In this document: piece after piece, positions 1 to 6,727 of the stretch | Position numbering within the stretch: position 1 is the stretch's first letter | How the letters are laid out: every line of letters begins with the position of its first letter | From: Myxococcota bacterium | GTDB lineage: Bacteria > Myxococcota > UBA4151 | Direction: 5' to 3' | DNA length: 10,252 nucleotides | Assembly (NCBI GenBank): GCA_040260805.1 | Contig: JBDQPD010000114.1 | Span: 1-10,252 of the forward strand | Position numbers and translations under genes: made by a program | Notes under the pieces: model-generated | The model's input: the letters and a program-made list of their open reading frames with translations, nothing else | The model's database searches: none | What the model was told of the DNA's origin: nothing

Positions 1-416
1 CCGTCACCGCACCCTTGCAGCTGGCAGTTGGCGCAGTCGTCCTGGCTGTCGTCGTTGCCGTCGTCGCACTCTTCATAGCCCTCTTCGCCGGCGCCAATGT
101 CGACACGCATCACGCCGTCACCGCAGGACGCCACCACGCACAGGTTCAAGCAGGCGTCGTCGTCGTCAGCGTTGCCGTCATCGCAGCCTTCGTAGCCCGC
201 CATGCCTTCGCTCAGGTCCATGCGCAGGATCCCGTCACCGCAGGCTGCGTTCATGCAGGCGTTGGTGCAGCCGTCGTCGTCGTCGGTGTTGCCGTCGTCG
301 CATTCCTCATCGCCAGAGACGCGCAGGTCACCACATCGTGATTCGGCGGTCGTGGCAGGAGGACTACATGACGCCACAACCAAACCGCTTATTGCTAAAA
401 GAAGTACTCGTTTCAT
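1..416 (-). CDS. Lipoprotein with Myxococcus cysteine-rich repeats (DUF4215/TIGR02232-like); 3' end runs off the window
   Basis: Hand translation from ATG 416: MKRVLLLAISGLVVASCSPPATTAESRCGDLRVSGDEECDDGNTDDDDGCTNACMNAACGDGILRMDLSEGMAGYEGCDDGNADDDDACLNLCVVASCGDGVMRVDIGAGEEGYEECDDGNDDSQDDCANCQLQGCGD... It has a signal peptide with lipobox VAS-C, three complete CGD...ExCDDGN...C...C repeats and the start of a fourth. A GGAG Shine-Dalgarno lies at 427-430. The frame is open to the window edge and is absent from the ORF track. Confidence 0.92.
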   Translation of the reverse strand, partial: MKRVLLLAISGLVVASCSPPATTAESRCGDLRVSGDEECDDGNTDDDDGCTNACMNAACGDGILRMDLSEGMAGYEGCDDGNADDDDACLNLCVVASCGDGVMRVDIGAGEEGYEECDDGNDDSQDDCANCQLQGCGD

Positions 417-577
417 CGCCAACAAACTCCGTAAAATACTTGGGCTAGGCACTAAATGTAACCGGTCTTAGTCAAGATGTCAGGCACAACCGGATTTTTT
501 TACGCCCGACGCGCCCAGGATATGGGTTTACCCCTCAAAAGGACCCGTAATGACCAACGCTCAGCGGGGCGCGAGCG

Positions 578-606
578 TTGTGCTTTGAGCCGGACAACGG
601 TAGATT
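578..606 (+). promoter_or_regulatory. Putative sigma70-type promoter TTGTGC-N17-TAGATT for the gene at 656
   Basis: TTGTGC at 578-583, a 17-nt spacer and TAGATT at 601-606, upstream of GGAG (646-649) and GTG 656. Motif match only. Confidence 0.45.
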
Positions 607-655
607 CGACGCGCCCACTGCGGATCAGCTTTTCCGCCAACTCTTGGAGCTTATC

Positions 656-1579
656 GTGTCGGTCGCCATTGCGCATCAAGTCAGGGACTGGATCGATGAC
701 GCCGTGGTCCACGGTGGCGATCGCCAGCGCGCCGCGCGCAAGGCCGAGGGGATCATCGGCGGGCTGGTGCTGGGCCGGTCGATCGACGAGGTCGGGCGCT
801 CAACGAGCCACGGCGAGAGTCGGCTGCGCTGCACCAAATACGACCTAGGCAACGGCTTTCGCTTGGTCATCTTGCTGCGCTCGAGCGGCGTCGTGGTCTT
901 GCATCTCGATCACCACGACGGCACCGACCGCTGGCTCAACGCCCAGCAAGGCAAGGTCTTTCATGTCGACGGAATCGACGAGGCGATCGAGCTGCCGAGC
1001 CCCGATGAGCCGGAGGCGCCCGAAGCCAAACCAGAGGTCCCCACCCGGTTGATCGCGCCCTTGCCCGACGGTGAGTTCGATGACCTCCCCATCAAGCCCA
1101 GCGCGATGCGCGCCCTGACGCGGCTGACCACGCAGAGCTCGGACCGAGAGCTCGCCGACGCGGTCACCGACTTAGGCGAGCTCAAAACGGACATCTTTCA
1201 GGTGCTGCAGTTTTTACGAAACGGCGACAACCACGCCGCCTACAAGGCCTTGCATGCCCTGCATGAGCTGCCCGAGCCCGAGCCGCCCGAAGCCGAGCCC
1301 AGCGGACAGCCCGAACCTGAGCCTGAGCCGATCCACGCGCTGTCGAAAAAGCAGCGCCGTGCCGCCAGGCGAGCGGCGCGCAGCGGCGGCGTGAGCGGTG
1401 GCGACAGCTCGTACCAAACGATGGATAAGCAGGCGCTCAAAGCGTTGACCGAACAAAAGGCTCAAGAAGCCAAGCGCAGCCAAGCCGAAGCGGCGCAGCG
1501 CCAACAACAAGCCGAGCAGCGCGGCGAGGACGAGCTCAGCTTTGCCGAGCTGCTCGAGCGCTTTGAGCGTGGCGAATAG
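656..1579 (+). CDS. Protein with N-terminal RelE/ParE-like domain (type usually fused to UvrD-like helicases), helical domain and Pro/Glu-rich plus coiled-coil tail; no helicase domain (~307 aa)
   Basis: Same frame as ORF 578..1579. The start was moved to GTG 656 because of GGAG at 646-649 and the upstream promoter motif. The segment TSHGESRLRCTKYDLGNGFRLV...VVVLHLDHHDGTDRWL resembles the RelE-like N-terminus of RelE-UvrD fusion proteins (recalled similarity). No Walker A motif is present. The tail has PEPEP repeats, KKQRRAARR and a Q/A/E-rich helix. Confidence 0.7.
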   Translation: MSVAIAHQVRDWIDDAVVHGGDRQRAARKAEGIIGGLVLGRSIDEVGRSTSHGESRLRCTKYDLGNGFRLVILLRSSGVVVLHLDHHDGTDRWLNAQQGKVFHVDGIDEAIELPSPDEPEAPEAKPEVPTRLIAPLPDGEFDDLPIKPSAMRALTRLTTQSSDRELADAVTDLGELKTDIFQVLQFLRNGDNHAAYKALHALHELPEPEPPEAEPSGQPEPEPEPIHALSKKQRRAARRAARSGGVSGGDSSYQTMDKQALKALTEQKAQEAKRSQAEAAQRQQQAEQRGEDELSFAELLERFERGE

Positions 1580-1647
1580 GCGGTAAGCTACCCAGCCTAC
1601 GTGATCTTAGTCGCAATCGTATTTTCGCTCACGACAACGAGCCGGCT

Positions 1648-3144
1648 TTAGAGTTGCCAGATAATATCACTCAGACCAATCTCACCGCTCGACGGGTCGG
1701 GAGCCACCCTCAAGCTATTGACGCCCCCTCGTAGATTCTCTGGGATCGTCATCGCCGGTTCAAAAGGATCCTCTCCCTGACAGGAGAACGTCACTTCGTT
1801 TTGATCCCAGTCGAACGAAAGGATCACGGTGACCTCAGTCGTGAACATGTCCATGCCAAAGCCACACTGGTCTACATTTTCCAAACCGTCATCGGTCCCA
1901 AACCGAAAATGATAGTTGTTGGAGTCATAGCCCACAACGATGGCGCCTTCGTCCGACCCATCACCAAATTCGAGCTTAAACGGATCATTCTCACCATCGC
2001 CCATGGGCGGGCCCTCTGAGTGCACGGTGACACGCACGCTCGACGGCTGCTGCGGTGTCGCGAAGTACGTTTTGACGCAGGGCACGCCAAAGCCAAACAG
2101 GTCTCCGGAAACGTCTGGCTGGCTGCCCTCTTCACAATTCCACCCCTCGACCACAGAGGGCGTGTCCACCCAGCGCCCCGCCTCGAGCGCCAAAAATTGA
2201 GCGGGCTGAGCCTTGTTCCAGACGCGCAGGTCATCGATCGCGCCGTTGAAAGGAGAGCTCGCCGACGCATCGTGAGCGTTTAGATGAACCCCAATGCCGT
2301 CGACGTAACCCGCGCTTGCGCGCCCTGCGAGCTCGCTAGCCGTCTCATGGATACCCACCAATTCACCCGACCGGTAAAGGCGCATGAAGCGGTCATGAAA
2401 TACGACCATTAAGTGGGTAAAAGAATCGGTCGGTAGCGGTGAAGCACCGGTTAGTTCCTCATTCAACCACGAGACCTTTGGCCTGCCGCTGTCAAGCTCG
2501 AGCCGAAAGGGACCTTGGATCTGACCGTCACCGTCCATTGCTTGCGCTGAAAATACCGTCACCACTCCGCTGGTGTTGTTGGGTTTCACCCTCGCCGCTA
2601 GCGTCATCGCGCGGTTGTACAGATCGGCTCGACCGGGGTCCGCCAAAAGATAACGATCAGCGGAAAATTCAAATGCTTTGTTGCCACCAGCGAGCGTAAC
2701 ATAGCTCGCAGATTGCCCATCCGGCTTTTGAACGCCGTTCGTCGCTCGGTTGGTGAAATTGCCATTAAATCGCATGCACAGGGTCATGTCGCCGGCGTAC
2801 TCTCCCGAATAACATGGCGCATCAAGGCTATAGGCTCGCTCCCCTGCGGGACCGGCATCCGCCGGGGTTGGGCTCGAGCCTGCGTCGCTACGCGGCCCCG
2901 AATCAGGCGGTGGGCAGACGCCGTCTTCATCGACTTGACCATCGCAGTCGTTGTCCCTGCCGTCGCACTCCTCAGGGGTCGGATCACAACCCGAGCTCCC
3001 GGCATCGACTGTACCCGCCGAGCCTGTATCGGTCACCGCCCCAACAGGACCGGCTTCGGCGACCACAAAATCATCCGGAATCACGCTGATCCAGTCCATG
3101 CAGCCAGCGGTCAGGACCAAGCTTAACAGCGAGATCTTCTTCAT
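1648..3144 (-). CDS. Lipoprotein paralog 1: MopE-type Cys/Asp motif + LamG/pentraxin-like domain + Cys-containing C-terminal beta domain (~498 aa)
   Basis: ATG 3144 gives MKKISLLSLVLTAG-C (lipobox). CDPTPEECDGRDNDCDGQVDEDGVC lies at 2914-2988. LamG-like motifs are MTLAARVKP, THLMVVF..MRLYRSG and FNGAIDDLRVWN. The ATG overlaps the upstream in-frame TGA (TGATG). Confidence 0.88.
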   Translation of the reverse strand: MKKISLLSLVLTAGCMDWISVIPDDFVVAEAGPVGAVTDTGSAGTVDAGSSGCDPTPEECDGRDNDCDGQVDEDGVCPPPDSGPRSDAGSSPTPADAGPAGERAYSLDAPCYSGEYAGDMTLCMRFNGNFTNRATNGVQKPDGQSASYVTLAGGNKAFEFSADRYLLADPGRADLYNRAMTLAARVKPNNTSGVVTVFSAQAMDGDGQIQGPFRLELDSGRPKVSWLNEELTGASPLPTDSFTHLMVVFHDRFMRLYRSGELVGIHETASELAGRASAGYVDGIGVHLNAHDASASSPFNGAIDDLRVWNKAQPAQFLALEAGRWVDTPSVVEGWNCEEGSQPDVSGDLFGFGVPCVKTYFATPQQPSSVRVTVHSEGPPMGDGENDPFKLEFGDGSDEGAIVVGYDSNNYHFRFGTDDGLENVDQCGFGMDMFTTEVTVILSFDWDQNEVTFSCQGEDPFEPAMTIPENLRGGVNSLRVAPDPSSGEIGLSDIIWQL

Positions 3145-3893
3145 CACCACACCGACCAGACTACGCCGGCGGTGCCCGCAGCTAAGCCACCCAGAATCAG
3201 AGCCTGCGCCCGAGACTAGTCTTTGAGATTTTCGTCCAGGTCGTACGTGGGCTCGTCTTTTTGCTCTTCGTGCAGAGTGCGCACTTGATCAAGCACCCAA
3301 AAGCCCCCGGCGATGCTGCCCACACCGACTACACTCAGCGCAACGGCGTTGCCTCGGAGCGGCTTTTTCTTGGTCGCCACGGCGGGCGCAGCGGCGGGCG
3401 CACCAGCCGCGACAGCGACCGGAGCCTGCGTCGGCGACATCGCCGCAAGCGCTTGGGGGATGATCTTCTCTAAGTCGCCGATGAGCTGGGCTTCGTCTTT
3501 GACCATGGCGACCTTACGCGCCACCACCTTGGCGTCTTCGACCGCTAAAATCTTGAGCGTGAGCACAAACTGACCGCCCACTTTAGATAAACTCGAGTCG
3601 ATTAAATAAGGCACGCCTAAGGCGCCGCCGAGCTCGGCGAGGCAGTTGGTGTCATCACAGCCAAGGGCCGCCTTTTGCTGCTCCATATCGACCATGGCGG
3701 CGATGTCCGAGCCACCGATCACCGACGAGAACACGCCGGATTCTTTGAGCCTCGCCAGCAGCACCTCGTTGAGGACCTGCGCCAAGCTCGGCTCGATGCC
3801 GTGGATGGCGCGCACCTCGGTGACCGCCACGCCCGGTTTGGCGTCGGCAGCGGCGGGCGCGCTTGCGGCGAGTAAGAGACAAAGCACAGGCAC
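3144..3893 (-). CDS. Exported CsgG/TolB_N/FlgO-like alpha/beta-domain protein with C-terminal hydrophobic hairpin, paralog A; interrupted by in-frame TAG at 3216-3218 (truncated allele, readthrough or sequence error)
   Basis: The probable start is GTG 3893 or 3887 (MPVLCLLLAASAPAAA signal-like). The core GCDDTNCLAELGGALGVPYLIDSSLSKVGGQFVLTLKIL is typical of this myxobacterial domain family. The ORF track stops at 3216, but the frame continues for 23 codons (SRAQALILGGLAAGTAGVVWSVW) that align with paralog B, to a TGA at 3144-3146. Confidence 0.8.
3541..3840. repeat. Paralogous duplication, copy A (copy B at 4619-4918)
   Basis: Ungapped hand alignment at offset 1078 gives about 46 mismatches in 300 nt (~85% identity), mostly synonymous. 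Confidence 0.9.
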
Positions 3894-3934
3894 GGGTGAA
3901 AGCCCTTCGATGAGGTGGCGCCAACCAAGCAAAA

Positions 3935-4207
3935 TTAGGGTTTCGGGTCAACCGAGACGGCTTGGGGTTTGGCGTCCTTAGGTGCGTCGCTGCGCAGCGC
4001 GTACACCAGCACGCCCTCGTCACCGGGAAGCTGTGCGCGCCCGTACACCGTAAAGACCGGCGGCTGGTCTCCTTGAGGCGTCGCCACCTCAATCCAATAA
4101 CTCGCTGCGACCTCAAAATCGGCGGGGACGGGCGAGAACCACGAGCTCGTCAGCGCCTGACAACCGCTTGAGCCGATGAGCGCGAAGACGAGCGCCCAAG
4201 CTCTCAC
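3935..4207 (-). CDS. Small (90 aa) chimeric lipoprotein: lipobox + PADFEV motif + copy of the C-terminal segment of the 8235 gene
   Basis: GTG 4207 overlaps the TGA of the upstream gene (GTGA). It reads MRAWALVFALIGSSG-C. The segment VAASYWIEVATPQGDQPPVFTVYGRAQLPG(D/G)EGVLVYALRSDA is shared with the large protein. Confidence 0.75.
   Translation of the reverse strand: MRAWALVFALIGSSGCQALTSSWFSPVPADFEVAASYWIEVATPQGDQPPVFTVYGRAQLPGDEGVLVYALRSDAPKDAKPQAVSVDPKP
3983..4113. repeat. 131-bp direct repeat, copy 1 (copy 2 at 8283-8413)
   Basis: Offset is exactly 4300, with 4 mismatches (4020, 4070, 4106, 4109), about 97% identity. Confidence 0.97.
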
Positions 4208-4968
4208 GGAAGCGCCGCCCACGCGGCGCCAGCCCCGCCGACGACCAAGCCACCTACAATCAGGGACTGCGCCGTGCTCTGGCGCGCCCGGTTGGCGTCG
4301 ACGTCATAGGTCGGGAGCGCCTTCTGCTCCTCGTGGGTGGTGCGCACCTGCTCGAGCAGCCACAGCCCGCCGACGAGACCGCCAAAGCCGACGGCGCTCA
4401 CCGCCCAGCGTGCGCGCTTGCTCGGGCTCGCAACCGGCTCGGCGGTCGTCTTCGGCGCAGCCTTCGCTGCGGGCTGCTCAGCGCTCGCTGCCGGCGCCGG
4501 CTCAGCGTTTTGCGGCATCGCGGCGAGCGCCTCTGGGATGATCTTCTCAAAACTCGGGATCAAGCCGGCTTCATCCGCCACCATGGCGACTTTACGCGCC
4601 AGCACTTTTGCCTCTTCGACCGCTAAAATCTTGAGCGTGACGACAAACTGACCGCCGACCTTCGAGATGGTCGAGTCCATCAGATAGGGCACTCCGAGGG
4701 CGCCGCCGAGCTCGGCGAGGCAGTTGGTGTCATCGCAGCCAAGGGCTGCCTTCTGCTGCTCCATGTCCACCATGGCGGCGATGTCCGAGCCGCCGATCAC
4801 CGACGAGAACACGCCCGAGTCTTTCAGCCGCGCCAGCAAGACCTCATTGAGCACCTGAGCTAAGCTCGGCTCGATCCCATGCACCGCCTTGACCTCGGTC
4901 ACGGCGATGCCCGGTTTCTCCGCAGCGGCGGACGGCGCAGCCATGAGGAACACACTTATCAACAGCAC
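4204..4968 (-). CDS. Exported CsgG/TolB_N/FlgO-like alpha/beta-domain protein with C-terminal hydrophobic hairpin, paralog B (intact, ~254 aa)
   Basis: Frame of ORF 4204..4992. The start was moved to GTG 4968, which has GGAG 7 nt upstream (4976-4979). It has the signal MLLISVFLMAAPSAAA, the same core as paralog A, an Ala/Pro linker and two Gly-rich hydrophobic segments (WAVSAVGFGGLVGGLWLL; SLIVGGLVVGGAGAAWAAL). Confidence 0.88.
   Translation of the reverse strand: MLLISVFLMAAPSAAAEKPGIAVTEVKAVHGIEPSLAQVLNEVLLARLKDSGVFSSVIGGSDIAAMVDMEQQKAALGCDDTNCLAELGGALGVPYLMDSTISKVGGQFVVTLKILAVEEAKVLARKVAMVADEAGLIPSFEKIIPEALAAMPQNAEPAPAASAEQPAAKAAPKTTAEPVASPSKRARWAVSAVGFGGLVGGLWLLEQVRTTHEEQKALPTYDVDANRARQSTAQSLIVGGLVVGGAGAAWAALP
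4619..4918. repeat. Paralogous duplication, copy B (copy A at 3541-3840)
   Basis: About 85% nucleotide identity to 3541-3840 by hand alignment. Confidence 0.9.
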
Positions 4969-4984
4969 CTTCGTTCTCCCGATT

Positions 4985-5019
4985 GCGCCCACTCAGGCAA
5001 ACCACCTGAGCGCCGGCGC
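4985..5019. other. Intergenic stem-loop without U-tract
   Basis: Inner stem CTCAGG (4992-4997) / CCTGAG (5005-5010) with a 7-nt loop; outer GCGCC (4985-4989) / GGCGC (5015-5019). It lies directly after the stop of the 5021 gene. Confidence 0.45.
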
Positions 5020-5020
5020 G

Positions 5021-6670
5021 TCAATCCGCAAGCCGCCACTCGAAGCGCTCGAGATCAAAGGGGCTGTTGGTCGACAACGTCACGCCTTCAAGCCCGGTCA
5101 GCCCTTCCGGCAGATCAAACGTCACCGGGTTGTCCAGCCCATCACAGGTGAGCGCGCCCTTTCGCAAGCCCCAGTCAAAGGCCATCCGCAGCTCGGGCGC
5201 TCGCTGCCGCGTGCCGCCGGTCACCTCAAACCGACAAGCATCGAGCGTACCGGATTCGGTGACCGCCTCTTCGCCGACGAACAGCTGCACCGTGGCGTCA
5301 CCGTACGCCACCGAAATCGCCGCCTCGGCACCGGGCAGGAGCTGGACTCGGTGGCGGCGTTGGGTCTGGTTCGAGACGCCGCAATCGGAGGCGCAGGCGA
5401 CCGTCCAGGCGACGCGCCGTACCGGCTGCGCTCGCTCGAACAAGGTGCGCGTGCAGCTGCTGTTGGCGGGCACGCGCCCTCGGTAACTGTCCCCAATATT
5501 CCGGACCGCCATTCGGTCGCTCAAGCCGCAAGTCCACGCCTCGCTGCGCCCGCCACCGAACGTGTCGACCCAGCGCCCGACCTCAAGCGCCAGCAACCCA
5601 TCGGGCTGCGCGGTGTTCCAGACCCTCAAGTCGGCGAGCTCGCCCCGATAGAGCTGCTCGGCGCTGAGCTCATCCTCCTCAATACCGTTCGTCCCACCGA
5701 TCAGGTCGTAGATGTTTTCGGTCTCTTCGTTCCGCGGGTACATCGCTGTCCACGGCAGCCCATACGCCACGCGCTCGCCCTCAACCCAGATACCCAGCAA
5801 CCGTTTGCTGTTCGGGTTGAGCGGGTCCTGCCCTAAGCGAACGATGACGTGGCTGTAGCGGTTTTCCGGGAGCGGCTCCGTGCTCACCGACACGCTCTGA
5901 ATGGTCATGTCTGCGTCTTGATAATACGCGTTCACCCTAACCCGCCCCTCAACGATCTTCACATCGAGCGGCCCGGAGGGCTCGCTGTCCATGTCCCAGT
6001 CGTTGTGGGCGCTAAAGAGGGTGTGACTTGCGGCCAGACTCGGCTGAAGGCGCGCCGCCAAGGTCACGCTCCTTGTGTAGGCTTGGCCCTGCGTCGGCAT
6101 CCCCTCTTCATCGTTGACGTATTCAGGGGTCTCAACCACCGGGATCGAGACAAAGAGCGTCCCGTCAAACCTGAGCGCTGCATCCTCCTCTCCGGCGAGC
6201 ACGTAATTCGACTCCCCGTCGCCATGGCCGAGGACGGTTGAAGGATCTCGAACCTCATTGTCGAGGTTGCCCTCAAAGCGCATGCACAGGGTCATGTGCT
6301 GGCGATAGGCGTCCTCCTCGTGACAGGCTGGGTTGGGTTCGTACACCCGCGTGCAATCTTCCTCGTCGGTCGAGCCGTCGCAGTCGTTGTCCAGGCCGTC
6401 GCCGCAGGCTTCGACTTGCGCCACGCAGCCTCCTGCGTCCGGCGGCGCGCCGGCGTCGCGCACAGGCGGCTGACCGCCGCCGTCCGCCCTCGCGCCTGCG
6501 TCTCGACCAGCCCCTGTGTCGCCCGCGGTCGCGCCTGCGTCGGGTACCGCCTGCCCCGCATCGGGCGCCACCGAGACCACCTCAAAATCATCCGGGATCA
6601 CGGTGATGAGGTCGAGGCAGGCGCTGTGCACCAGGGTGAGCGCGGCGAGGATCAGCGGAAGACGGTTCAT
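5021..6670 (-). CDS. Lipoprotein paralog 2: DAG-rich linker + MopE-type motif + LamG/pentraxin-like domain + C-terminal beta domain (549 aa)
   Basis: Starts MNRLPLILAALTLVHSA-CLDLITVIPDDFEV. CVAQVEACGDGLDNDCDGSTDEEDC lies at 6353-6427. LamG-like motifs are VTLAARLQP, SHVIVRL and YRGELADLRVWN. GGAG precedes the ATG. Confidence 0.9.
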   Translation of the reverse strand: MNRLPLILAALTLVHSACLDLITVIPDDFEVVSVAPDAGQAVPDAGATAGDTGAGRDAGARADGGGQPPVRDAGAPPDAGGCVAQVEACGDGLDNDCDGSTDEEDCTRVYEPNPACHEEDAYRQHMTLCMRFEGNLDNEVRDPSTVLGHGDGESNYVLAGEEDAALRFDGTLFVSIPVVETPEYVNDEEGMPTQGQAYTRSVTLAARLQPSLAASHTLFSAHNDWDMDSEPSGPLDVKIVEGRVRVNAYYQDADMTIQSVSVSTEPLPENRYSHVIVRLGQDPLNPNSKRLLGIWVEGERVAYGLPWTAMYPRNEETENIYDLIGGTNGIEEDELSAEQLYRGELADLRVWNTAQPDGLLALEVGRWVDTFGGGRSEAWTCGLSDRMAVRNIGDSYRGRVPANSSCTRTLFERAQPVRRVAWTVACASDCGVSNQTQRRHRVQLLPGAEAAISVAYGDATVQLFVGEEAVTESGTLDACRFEVTGGTRQRAPELRMAFDWGLRKGALTCDGLDNPVTFDLPEGLTGLEGVTLSTNSPFDLERFEWRLAD

Positions 6671-6679
6671 AGTCGCTCC

Positions 6680-6708
6680 AGTGTGCCAACCTTAGGGGAG
6701 CGTGCCAA
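6680..6708 (-). promoter_or_regulatory. Putative sigma70-like promoter TTGGCA-N17-CACACT
   Basis: The -35 element is at 6703-6708 and the -10 element at 6680-6685, 9 nt before ATG 6670. The same motif and spacing recur upstream of paralog 3. Confidence 0.55.
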
Positions 6709-6727
6709 GCACTGCTTGAACGCTCAT

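Noticed and set aside
15..341. Hydrophobic Val/Ala-rich plus-strand ORF
   Set aside because: It is the antisense shadow of the Asp/Cys-rich repeat gene (GAC/TGC codons read as GTC/GCA).
1270..1330. CCCGAG-type short tandem repeats as a phase-variable tract or CRISPR-like array
   Set aside because: They are degenerate in-frame hexamers encoding a Pro-Glu linker, with no spacer structure.
1577..1599. Hairpin TAGGC-GGTA-AGC-TACC-CA-GCCTA as a terminator between convergent genes
   Set aside because: The stem is short and bulged with no adjacent U-tract on either strand, so support is too weak.
1577..3218. Genome-wide TAG-to-Gln recoding
   Set aside because: Only one in-frame TAG was seen. The plus-strand gene ends naturally at TAG 1577-1579, and readthrough there would run into the convergent gene.
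6680..6710. Sigma54 promoter suggested by TGGCACG/TGGCACA
   Set aside because: No TTGC -12 element at the required spacing.
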